DNA from: Lingula anatina
Taxonomy: Eukaryota > Animalia > Brachiopoda
Length of the DNA stretch: 64,000 nt
NCBI GenBank assembly: GCA_051362555.1
Contig: CM120641.1
Location: 48,118,401 to 48,182,400 of the forward strand
Direction: 5' to 3'
This document shows positions 38,301 to 50,000 of the stretch, piece by piece. How positions within the stretch are numbered: position 1 is the stretch's first letter; each line of letters begins with the position of its first letter. The notes under the pieces were generated by a model. It saw only the letters and a program-made list of their open reading frames with translations, did no database searches and had not been told where the DNA came from. The translations under genes were made by a program, and so were the position numbers.

Positions 38301-39611
38301 TATTACAATAACCTTGATGTTCTCAGCAGATGAGATGCTAGTATTAAATCATTTTTAATCAGTTGAATTTAAATTGCACTGATGTCACTTTCCATCTTTA
38401 TTTAAATCAGGCTTTATCTTTGGCAATAAAAAAGCAAAAAATCCACGCTGCCACCAGACAATGGCAACACACTAATATATGCAGACATAATTTTAGCATA
38501 TAAAATACCCCAAGCTAAATATATAATTGTACAGTAACATCTAGGCACATGAGACATTCAACCATTTGAAATTAAACAACAGACACACACACAAAAAAAA
38601 AAAATACATAAAATGTCCATCTCTTGTCTCTTCTTAACAGCAAACAGTATGCATTCCTTGTATGTCCTTTTGATCAGTATGTGGCCCTTGCAATGCTGTT
38701 ATCTGAAAAATGAAACAAAGCTAATTTTAAAAATTATTTCACACAAATTCACATTTGAATGTTTCAAAGGTTTTATATTCCAAAGCAACTTTCCTCATTA
38801 AAACTACTTTCTTAATCATCCACCTTTACATATATGCAATTTCTATACTACGGGCTGTATTTCATACCTTGGCTGTCAGACCATAGCAGAATCCATAGTT
38901 TATACAAGGTATGTGGGCAGTCAGCTGGTAAGGTGTGGTTAGGTTAAGACTTAAGAGTTTTATTAAAGTTGTTGAAGACCTCTCACTTCCTGTCTCTTTT
39001 TTCATTTACTGAAAAATATAAATAGCACATTAGTAATCTGTCTTATCTAAATAAAATTCAACTGATTAAACACCTGTAATAATAAAATCTTTATTTTACT
39101 CCGACAATTAAGAAAGTTCTATAAATAGTGTGTAACTCTACCCTTGACAAACAATAGCATTCATTGAAAAATTGAGAAGTTTAGATCATGGTGAAAAGCA
39201 AATCAAAGATCAACTTCAAGGTCTCAGTGAGATTTCCAGAATATGACCTCCTATACAAGTTCAATAGTAATTATGGGCGTATCTCTGCCAGTTTTCGAGA
39301 TATAAGGGATAGAAAATTTGCAAAGTTCAGTTCAAAAATATATTTCCATGTAGGATTTGTGTCTTTATTATAAAGAATAAAACTGTAAGGCACTCTTATT
39401 TTTGTTGTACCACTCAATGAGAAAATTACAATTAAAAAATATGAATTAAAAAATACAGTATGTGTAAAATTCACAATTGTCTGTGATTTTTCATTGAAAA
39501 AAACAAGTACCTAGTCCATTTGATTTTGATAAAATGTCGTTCATTTTTTAAAGAAATTTGACTTGCCCCATTAAGAATATATACAATTTTGTTGTTGAAG
39601 ATATATCTTTG

Positions 39612-40040
39612 TAAAAGTGTGCAACCCAAAGCAACAATTTTTCAAACCCAAAATAATTCTGTAGAAACACCTAATGAAATACGAATATAATAAAATCAAA
39701 TCAAAGCCTATGATCAAAGATTGTCACCTAGATTGAATCGTCTATTATTGATATTTCAATCTAAAAGTGTGCAACCCAAAGCATTCATATTCTCTAAACC
39801 AAAATAATTATGTGGACACATCCACTGAAATTTTAAGGAAATCAGCTTTGACATCAAGATTGGATCATTTATTACTGACATATCAATCTAAAAGTGTGCA
39901 ACCCAAAGCATTCAAATTCTGTAGCCATTCAAAATTCTGTCAACAATAAAGCATGCCTAGCTATTTATGTTTGCGTGTTCGAATTGCTTTTCAATAAAGC
40001 ATGCCTAGCTATTTATGTTTGCGTGTTCGAATTGCTTTTT
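39612..40040. repeat. Tandem repeats inside the 7.4 kb element
   Basis: Three units anchored by AAAAGTGTGCAACCCAAAGCA (39613, 39763, 39890) and an exact ~48-bp duplication CAATAAAGCATGCCTAGCTATTTATGTTTGCGTGTTCGAATTGCTTT. Confidence 0.8.
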
Positions 40041-40329
40041 AAGTTCTGCTTCACTACAACTATTTTCACTATCACTGTTTTCTTTTATAATTTCTTCACT
40101 ACATAAATTATCTAAGCTATTTAAACACTCCCCTTCACATACACAACTTCCAACAACGGTTGCCACATGTGGTCTACCTTCCTACAACTATACACCCTTT
40201 CATTAAGAAATTAAAATTATCCTGTACAGCATTTCCTAAAATAAAGACAACCTAACAAATGGTGAAAAGCTAATAGTCCACTTCTGTAGTTCCCTGCACC
40301 TACTTCATCAAGAGTTACTACAGCAATTT

Positions 40330-41557
40330 TTCCAGATATAAAGTCAGCATACCTATAAAATACAGAGTAGATTGTTTTTTACCAAATCCCCTAAAAAACG
40401 AAACATAATCACACCCAGAACATACAAACAAAACCTGCATAATTTACCCACCTTTGACCTATCTAACCTACTCAAGTCGGGATCATTAACTAAGTAACCA
40501 TGCAACCTATTAACATTAACATAAATTTCCTCATACAACTTACAACTTAATTTTATCAAAATGTTCTTACCCAGGTACTCTCTGCTATCATACAAACCAA
40601 GCCCTATTTCTAGTACATCAGTATCTGGTGATATGATTATCATATTATTTTCTGAACTATTCAGACTGTGAAGCCAGACTAAACTGTCCCCTTCTTCATG
40701 ATTTGAACTAAATAAAGCATCCCCCCTAACAGAACCACTGACAGCTAACTTGCATATGTCATTATAACTACCAGCTACACACAACCTAGTACTCCTATAT
40801 CTCAGTGTGACTGTTCACAGTGAAACTGCAATAAGGTATCACCAAGGTAGGCTATTAGTTTACCCTTGTTAGATCTAGATATTGCTTAAAAAATCATGCC
40901 AGACTGCTGGTAAAGAGGTTTCATGAGTAATTTCTTCCACATTTAATCCTAAGCAACCCTGATCTCTCCTATCATGTTCAACTTGTTTAGGATAATATTT
41001 ATTTTTGTCCACTGGTTTATCGAAAACAACATGAATTTCCACAATATCTTTGACTTTAAATAATTTAAGTATATTCTGGGGTAGCGCTAGCAATTTTTTT
41101 CACTTAGCCAAATCACCACATTTTTGTCAATTTGTTATCAAAATGGTTATAATTTGGCTAAAACATCAAATCAAGCCCTTTTTCTTTAGCCAATTTAAGC
41201 CAATTTTAGCATTTGGCCAAATTGGTGAGTGTTAGCGCTACCCCAGATATTCCTATTGTAAAAAGATTGTGCATATTGTTTGAAAGTAATGGTAATGGTG
41301 GTGCTATAACCTGAAACATTGCATCAATAACTATGTTAGTATAGGCAATTTCTTTAGGGAACCCTGTATTAAAAGCTTGTGGGAAATTTGATTGAAAAAA
41401 AAAATGTCTTGATAAAGACTTATATCTTTTATAGGGGGGTCCATCTTCTCCATAGGGGGATCCATCTTCTCCACATAAAGCTAAAGGGATTGGTATTATT
41501 TGTTGAACATTTAGTGGTAGTGCTTTTTCCTTTTTTTTGCCCAATTCAGCTGTTTCC
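40330..41557 (-). pseudogene. Frameshifted XPG/FEN1-like (PIN-fold) nuclease ORF of AcademX-type transposon
   Basis: Ordered fragments across frames: IPLALCGEDG..KS, IVIDAMF, IHVVFDK, KQVEHDRR, WHDFLSN, SNHEEGDSLVWLH, ISPDTDVL and, after a frameshift near 40440, VCSGCDYVSFFRGFGKK (H3TH motif). Multiple frameshifts and stops. Confidence 0.8.
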
Positions 41558-41561
41558 TTGA

Positions 41562-41891
41562 AAGGATAATAACTCTTCATATGAGATCTATATTTCACAA
41601 TAAAAACATTGTGAACAACTCATAGAAATATGATATACCACAAAAACGGCAGTTATAGCTATTATTCTGATATCTGAGCTTGTCTTTAGACCATGTGACC
41701 TCCACTGATGGCTATTCTCTGTTATAATATCTTAAGAGATTAAAACAAAAAACAAACTTTTTAGAAAAAAACAGGGACTAACTTTGAATGTAAAAATGGA
41801 TACATTAACCATTGGTAAGTATGGGAAAATTGTTGTTTACTCCAGGAAAATTCATTTTTTGTCCAAAGTGAAGAGTCCCTTAATTATCCCT
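41562..41891. mobile_element. Second copy of the Kolobok-like MITE, interrupting the 5' side of the XPG-like pseudogene
   Basis: TTGA|AAGGATAATAACTCTTC ... ATTATCCCT|TTAA; long near-identical blocks shared with 3141-3498, e.g. ACCACAAAAACGGCAGTTATAGCTATTATTCTGATATCTGAGCTTGTCTTTAGACC. Confidence 0.7.
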
Positions 41892-41979
41892 TTAAGGACG
41901 CTCTCTCATATTTCAGATTTCATATTTCTGCCCTAGCGATTTTGATTAAAATTGTAAGACAAAATCTTCTTACCATTCA

Positions 41980-43025
41980 TAAAAAGTAGGTAAAGGTCAA
42001 TTTCAAGGTCACAGTTAGATAGCCAATATATGACTTCCTATTCAAATTTAATAGTAATTATGTGCATATCTTTGCCAGTTTTGAAAGTATAAGCACTGAA
42101 AAAGTTGCAAAGTTCAATTCATGATGAAAAGTAGGTCAAAGGTTAATTTAAAGGTCACATTTAGATTGCCAGTATATGACTTCCTATTCAAGTTCAATAG
42201 TAACTATGGGCATTTCTTTGCCAGTTTTGGAGATATAAGGGACTTAAATGTTGCAAAGTTAATGGTTGCAAAGTTAATGGTTGCAAAGTTCGTGATGAAA
42301 AGATATAAGGGACTTAAATGTTGCAAAGTTAATGGTTGCAAAGTTCGTGGTGAAAAGAAGGTCAAAGGTCAATTTCAAGGTCACAGTCAAATTGCCAGTA
42401 TATGACTTCCTATTCAACTTCAATAGTAACTATGGACCTATCTCTGCCAGTTTTGGAGATATAAGGGACTTAATGTTACAATTTTGGAGTTACAATAATG
42501 TGCCATAAATTTCCAACAAAAAAATTAATTGAAATAAAGAAAAGGTCATTTTGGTTAAAATTCTTGAAATGGGAGGTGCTCAGAAGTTCTTGATGTTCAA
42601 ATTTCATAAAATAATGGCATTTTTGATCCAAAGTTGTCTGCCTTGCCAAGCCTTATATTTTATTTTCCAGGTCAAATCCAAGGGCATATTTGAAATCTCC
42701 ACATATAAATGACTTTCAGTCAGCCGTCTGTAGAAATTTTTCTCATAATTCCTTCGATATGGTAGATAATTAGCATTTAATTTTGCCATTTTTGGACAAG
42801 GGTGCACTGCAATGAGCACCACACCTAGACCCCAGCACCGACAAAGCCCAAATTTAACGTGGAACGAATTGAGATTATAGGTGACCTAAATCCAAGAGAT
42901 GGGTATGCAGGTCCTTGTAGTCTAGGAGGAGAAGGGGTAACGGTAACATGGTGGCAGAGAGGGCAGAATGATCCGGACGGGACTAAAACCATGTGTACCG
43001 CCAGCGCCTACGCTGGTGGTACAAT
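41980..43025 (+). repeat. Array of ~140-bp repeats followed by a terminal hairpin; Helentron/HINE-like 3' portion
   Basis: Three to four units of AGGTCAAAGGTCAATTTCAAGGTCACAG..ATTGCCAGTATATGACTTCCTATTCAAGTTCAATAGTAACTATGG (41980-42470), with further copies at 39186-39330 and 5645-5730. Ends in the hairpin GTACCGCCAGCG-CCTA-CGCTGGTGGTAC-AATAA. Confidence 0.55.
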
Positions 43026-46000
43026 AACAAAGCTGAGTGCAAAAAAAAAAAAAAAAAAAAAAACGTTTTCTGTACCTTTTTACTGATAGACCATACTTTT
43101 TCTTCAGTCGGGACCACATACCACGATAACCAAGACATCTGCCAGTTCCTTCAAGTTCTTCCTGCAAAGGTTTTACAGCAAAACAGCCTCAGAAAATGAA
43201 AATCCATATTCACATGTTTAGTGACAGTACATGAAAAACAAGCATTTAAACCTCATTTTCACAAGATTCTACATAATAAACCACATTCTCAAATTAAAAA
43301 AAAAATAGATTACAATAAAGACAATGATTACAAACAGTCTAATTCTTACATAAAACCCATTATAATTAAAATAATCAACAGTAAAATAGTAATAAATAAT
43401 ATTATAGAATAGTAAATTGTAAAATGCATCTTCTATAATTATCCAAGCTTATAAACTACATTACTGTATTTGCAACAAGACATGTAAGGCAACTGAAAAT
43501 GTTGCTTAAAACATGAGTTACTAATTTAATAAACCCTATCTTCACTGTAGTGGAGTAAGAGTTACCCCCTGATACTGATTTAGCAAAAAATAATTTAAAT
43601 TTTGGACTTAGTAAACATAATAATATTAACAGAGTGTTCATTGGGCTCAACGACTGGTATATTGCACTGTTTGTCAATTCATTTCAGAAGCTGAGATCAT
43701 AAGCTGGACATCAAATTTTTGCATAGAAAAAAAAACAGGCATTCCTCAGTGTAACATGCTATAAAGACTAAAATGAGCAAAAAAAGAATCATTCAAAGAC
43801 ACCCTGGTGCATAGCACGAAATTCATGCACTACATGTAGCACTCCTATTGACAATTCAGATATAGGCAAAGCATATCAGAATCACCAGTAAGAAGTGCTT
43901 GTACATGAATTTTGCACTACCTGGTGCAAAATGAGAATAAAGGCCAAAACTTGCAGAAGTTTTCAAATTTAACTACATGTATGAGTTAGCAGGATATTTA
44001 ACATTTTACAATCATATAGTTTCTCTTTAGAAGACTCACTCTCATTGCATGAATCACTTCAGGTAAATCCTCTTCAATTGATTTTCTTCTTAAGTTCAAT
44101 TTGACAAGACGTTTCCTCAAGTAGGATTCACTGAGTATGAAATGAGAAAATATGTATACATTGTACAACAATCTAAATAAATACAAAACATGCAAATATA
44201 TATCTTTAACATAAAATGTTTAAATATGCAAGAATGCAAAAGCTTGATGAAGGGGGGGGGGAGAGAAAGGAGGGAGCAAAGATGACATCTTTTTGCAATA
44301 TAAAATACAAATAAATAAATGTGCAAAGCCCTCGAGGCTTAATTAAGCACTGAAAACTAGTATTACATAAGACTACATCCGGATACTCCCCCGCACCGAC
44401 GTGACCCCTTGCATAATCAGTTACAATAATTAAGTTTGATGAGTGAGGATACTAACCTTTCCAGTACCATATCATAGGGAAAGTTACACTCACCTTACAT
44501 AGGTGCCATGGGCAAGTGACAATTAAAGTTTTAGCAATCTCAGTTGCTGTGTATCCTGCTTTGAAATAATAACTAGTAATAAGATTTTCCATTGCTTGCT
44601 TTCCGCGTGCCAAATGTGCAGAAGTTCCGCAGCAAAAAGCTGTCCGCAGAAAAAAGTCGAAAAGTCGAAAACTCTAAAACTCTAAAAGTCGCAAACTCTA
44701 AAAGTCGAAAAGTCGAAATATCCAATAGGGGCCACCATAGATGTCTGCGCTCTCCGAGTGTTTTTTCCAGTTTCATACATGTAATTAATAGGTCTGGTTT
44801 CCTGCGATGGCATTTCATGTTCATTACTATAATATGCAAGGTATTCGTGATTACTCCTTGTGTACGAGGTAACGGCAGGTACCTTTTGTTATTTTTTTAA
44901 ATGTGCGAACGAGTTCGACTTGTTCGATGCTTGTTTGTTTGTACGTGTTCGAACTTATTCATGAAAAAAAGAGCTTAAATTCTGCACTTTCGCAATCACC
45001 TCAATAGATTCACCTTCCTAATTTTATATTTTATTATAAAATTTGAATCCAATAAGCTTGTCAAAATAAAATGAAAATGTATAAAAAGCTTCTACACAAA
45101 TGTACGATACCAGTATCTGCGCTATGTACACTGACGCTACTTTTACGTTAACTAAACAATATACAAATACATATCTGGCGCAGAAAATTATGTTCAAAGA
45201 CATATGGTATCTTATTAACTATTATAAACGTTCAACATTTCCATCCACTTACTTTCCAGAAATGCAAAAGAAAAAAAAAACATTTGTGCTGTGATGAAAT
45301 GCAAATACAACTGTTTCAATTAACACTCCAATAAATTGATATTCCCCTAACAGCAAAGTGAGGATTACCTTCACTGCGTTAATTTACACATTTCTACAAT
45401 CATTAAACAGGAACAAACATAATAACATTTTGTAATCTGGAATGAAATTTTTACAGCAAAACAAACTATAAAAGAAGAAACATCGAAGAAAGAGTGGAAA
45501 TAAGAAAGACTATTCATAAACCAAAGAGGAGAATTATATACATTTTTGCTTTGTTCAATAATAGGAATAATGGTAAAACTATTAATCAACGTTTTGCGTC
45601 ACTTGCCGTATCCACACATTTTAGATTTTAACTGAAATTATTGGTTTCATATTTCAAGTTAATTGCACGTTTTATGGTACATGGTTGTTGGTTGCATTAC
45701 AGGGGGGAAACATGAATTAAATGGAAAAAACAAAACTACTACGCCAAAAACAGGACATAAAAAAGAGCAATCATACTAGCAAAGTAAAAAACACGCAAAT
45801 CTATCCAATACATGTAGCACCGCATTCATGGAACATCTACTGCATAGTATGATAGTATGTACAAGAAAATAAATGACATTAAAACATGGAAAAACCATAA
45901 ACATACTAAACTCAACACAGGTCATATTAGGACAAGTAATGATGACGTCATTCTACTTTTCATTTTCACAACCTACGTAAATTGAAGGAGACATTTCACT

Positions 46001-46304
46001 ATAATACTAAATATACAACCTTTGCTTTCTGGTCCCAAGTGTTATAATACATATATTTACTCCATTTTGATACTTAATTATTTTAAAATACAAATATTCA
46101 AATAATCAGTCACTTTTTTCACAAAAACCACTGATGTCAATTTTGTTAAAAAATCCAGTCACTAACTTACATTTCCCTTCACATAATAAAAAGCAATCAC
46201 AGGACTTCATGGTGAGACTTACAAAATAGTATGTTAGTTACTGTATCATGGGTATGATTGTGAAGGTTCACATATCTTGTATGCAGTTTTAGTCTTAGTT
46301 TAAG

Positions 46305-46305
<1 letters not shown>

Positions 46306-46340
<35 letters not shown>
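46306..46340. repeat. (TG)n microsatellite
   Basis: Pure TG run downstream of the bark stop codon. Confidence 0.9.
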
Positions 46341-46343
<3 letters not shown>

Positions 46344-47020
46344 GTAACAACTGAGATAACACCTCAAATAACTCCAACAAAATATGGTCCCTGGTTTAAC
46401 AGTACCTTCTCCATGGTAAAAAAATCTGAACTGTTGAAGCACAACTACCTCGCCTTAAGCTATAATATTTAAATTCCTCTAACTTTGGTCACTAATTGAG
46501 TCACTGGTGTCAGCCAAGCAATTATCAATGACTCTTTTGAGGTAATTATTCTCCATGAGCAAGCGATTCATGCATAACAATTAACTTTGGCTTTCTTGGA
46601 CCACCCAAGGTGGTGGCAAGTATAAAAATCCATGTATCTAAATGTATATAAACAGCCTTCAAATTCTTCAAATCCCTGATTGCTACAAATAACAGTTCAA
46701 TGTTTTTTTTTTTTTTTTTTTTTTTTTTGACATAAATGCTGTGCTAGGCCACATGATTCAAAAACCTTAGATGGCACTTGGAAGCCGACAGCTGTCCTCC
46801 AGCAAAATTGCTTGCTTCATTTGTCATGAAATTGTTACTTCGGGAGATCCTTCTGGTTCGTGAGACACAGCCAGAACCAATTTGCAACACATTTGCTCTC
46901 TTTTTGTATTGATTTTTTTCTTCTGTTCCAATTTTTTTCCATTGATTCACAACAATGCTTGAACATTTTGCATGACTTTTCACTCAATCAGGATTATCTT
47001 TCACAAACTTCATCTACATC

Positions 47021-50000
47021 TCATATTTCAGTTTCCTGAGGAGGTGGGCGCTGGCCGTTCCTTAAAGAATTAACGCTAGAATTCAGGTCTGGTTTGACAT
47101 CGTCATCATCAGAATCTGAATCTGCTTTGCTCAGTGATGCTTTGTCGCTCAGACTGTCTGAATCATCACTCAGTTTGCTAGCTGGAGTGTAAGCTTTAAG
47201 AGTTTTAGGGCGTCTCTCAAGGCTGTCCTCATAACCCTTGTTTTCAAACTCTAAAGTCATCCTGGTTTGTTGCGGCGTGCTCACGGAACGCGGAGGGGTG
47301 TCGATGCCGCTCCTACTGTCCAGACTACGATCATCATAGCCCATGTTTTGGTAGATCCCATAGACTGGCCTGGTGCTCAGGTTAGGAATTTCATTCTCAA
47401 GTTTGGGCGGATAGTAATCATCATGGTCACTGTCAATAACACTGGGTTCCGCAGACCGGTCAGTGAAAGTGGTCACTTCATTTTCCAGTTTCGGTGGGTA
47501 CATGTCCTCTTTGTCACTGTCATACATAACACTGCCATTCCTGGAGGGGTAATCAAAGGTGGAGCCTGTGCTCAGACCCTCCAATTTGGTCTTGTCCATG
47601 GAGTCATCACTTGTGTCGTCTATGGTGACTCCGGACACTGTCAGATCAGGATGCATGTTGACGTGGACTTCGGGCTGTCGTGGCTTCTTTTTCTGAGCAC
47701 GGAAACTGTTGAAGCCACCAGTGCCTGTGGACTTAACGGAGCGCATGGAATTGCGAATGACTTCTCGGCGCTCTAGTCTTTCTTTTGTGCGACGCTTGGC
47801 CTTCAGATATGCCAGGCAGATGATAATGATGAGGATGAGGACGATAACTCCCATCACAGAGACAACAATTATCACCCAGCTCCAGTTGAACGGGAAGTAA
47901 GGCACCACAGGAACTGAAAGTAGCAAGATTATCCAGTTTAGCTTATTAAACATATTATTATTTATCAAAAGAAATCTTTCAATCAAATTTTAATTTAAAA
48001 ATCTTAAATGTTATTCAAAATCACTCGATTCTTGAATCTGTCTTTCAAATCTCTCAGCTTTATTTTACCTAAACAGAAGGAAAATCATTTTCCAATTATA
48101 CTTAAACATTCAACATTAAACAAAGTATACTGAATTTATTCTTATTTTAATTACTCCCGTATTATTTGTGTTCCAATTCACAAGAGCTAAAAGGCGGATT
48201 TCCTAAATAAATTTAACTTGGCTTTCACTTAAACTTAGCTTACACTTCATGATCAAATTTTGGTGAAATCCCACTTGGTACGTGCCACACAGCATCTATG
48301 TATCTGACATTACCTGACCTATGTGAACTCTGTCCAGTATTACAGCTAAAATATCTGTTGAACTTACAGTTGGTGATGAGGAAATAAAGGTGCTGTCACA
48401 CTACAGCTATGTGAGAAAATTTGCCAAAACACAGACAAATGCTAGGGGTTCGTTAAACTTATGTAGAATGTGTCTTGAATATGTAGGCAAACGTTGATGT
48501 ACCTTCACATACCCAAAACAGAGGGAGATAAAATGTACAATCTTAACACACAAATGAACTTACTCTTCTCACAAATGTACGGCAGCCTCTCATGACAGTC
48601 GGTGGCTATAGGCTGGTAGTTCAACATGGCGGAACAATACCCCTCAGTGATGGTGTGGTAGACCCAAACTTTCCAGAAATGTGTGTAATCAGCCTGGTCC
48701 TGGATGACCAGACCACCCAGGAAGTTCAAGGCATCTTTGGCGTCTGCTATAATACCCCCCTCAAGCTGAAAGTAAGGAATATGAAGACATTTACTTCAGT
48801 CATATTTGGGCTTGAAATCAAAAATATCATCATCAATCACAGATATTGGGTCATGTTATCCAGCAAATTGACAAAATATTAAAATATAAATATGCTTTCA
48901 TCAGTTGGTATAATCTTGAATGATTACTTTACACCAAATTGGGAGCCTAAACTTTTCAGTGTATAAGAAATAAGAAGATTCATCTAAAAGTGCTTTATTT
49001 CAGACAGATACCAATCACCAATCACAGATACCAACAACTTATTAAAACAACAAAAAAAAAAATTTATCTCCCTGAAGCTTCCCCAGGCCTACCTCACACT
49101 GTTGTTTAGCTCTGTAAAATGGCAGCAGTCCACCCATATAGTAAAAACAGCGGTTGTTGTATTCATGCCAACCTGGCTGACAAAATCCTGAAAATTTTTT
49201 AAACAAAAAGTTAGGAATGATATCTTTAATTCATAATTTCTGAGAAAAAAAATCTTACATAAATTGCGACATTATTTAGGTGTGTGAAAGACGTCACAGG
49301 ATTTAACATCCAGATTAAAAGTCAACACCTGCCTCTCGATGAGAATGAAGTGCAAATTAGGAAGGCAACACCTGTTTATTAGCAAAGGAGCTTTACACAG
49401 GTAACCAGATTATGAACTTGGCAAAATCTGTGTAATGTTTTCAAGTCACAGCCCAACTACACAGGATCCAACTTTTAAATTTCACATCAATCAATTAGCA
49501 GCTTTCCACAGGTAACCAGAAAACTACTTTGGCAAACAGAGCTCTCACCTTGTAGCAGGGATTTATTAGAATAAAGCGGTGGGTCATAGGTGACATTATA
49601 AATTTGGTAGAAAGTTTCCTCGGGATGTCTCCCCTGCCACTCTTCTCTCCACACATTCCAGCGCCACCAATCCTCCCAGTTCTTGGGAGCTCGGTACAAG
49701 TGCTTGTAGCGGCCATCTTCAAAATCCAGAATTCTTCCCCTGATGGCGAGGTCATAGGGTGACCCCCACCAGTTCCCTGGCGCCTCTATAGACAGGGTGT
49801 AGTCATCCGTGCTGTGGAAGAAATACAGAATATACAACATATAGAAAAATACTAACCAATGCTGCGTAAAAGCAAAAAAAATTCAAGTTCCCAACAGACA
49901 CGATTTATTTTGATGACAAAAAATATTGCAGTAAATGTTTAAGTCCGATGTAACAGTGCACCAATATTTAGTTCATAGTTCACATAGTTCAAAATAATTA

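Larger units (their letters stand above)
37303..44740. mobile_element. 7.4 kb TIR-bounded DNA transposon (composite) between bark 3' end and PC2 promoter
   Basis: Left end CTATGGTGGCCCCTATTGGATATTTCGACTTTT and right end AAAAGTCGAAATATCCAATAGGGGCCACCATAG form a perfect inverted repeat over 33 nt. Each is followed by arrays of TTTCGACTT/TTAGAGT units. The flanking direct repeat is ATGT (37299-37302, 44741-44744), or GATGTC if the ends are read 1 nt inward. Confidence 0.85.

Noticed and set aside
47267-47776. Plus-strand ORFs overlapping bark and PC2 exons (also 18276-18584, 52905-53249, 57251-57532)
   Set aside because: These are antisense shadows of real coding exons.
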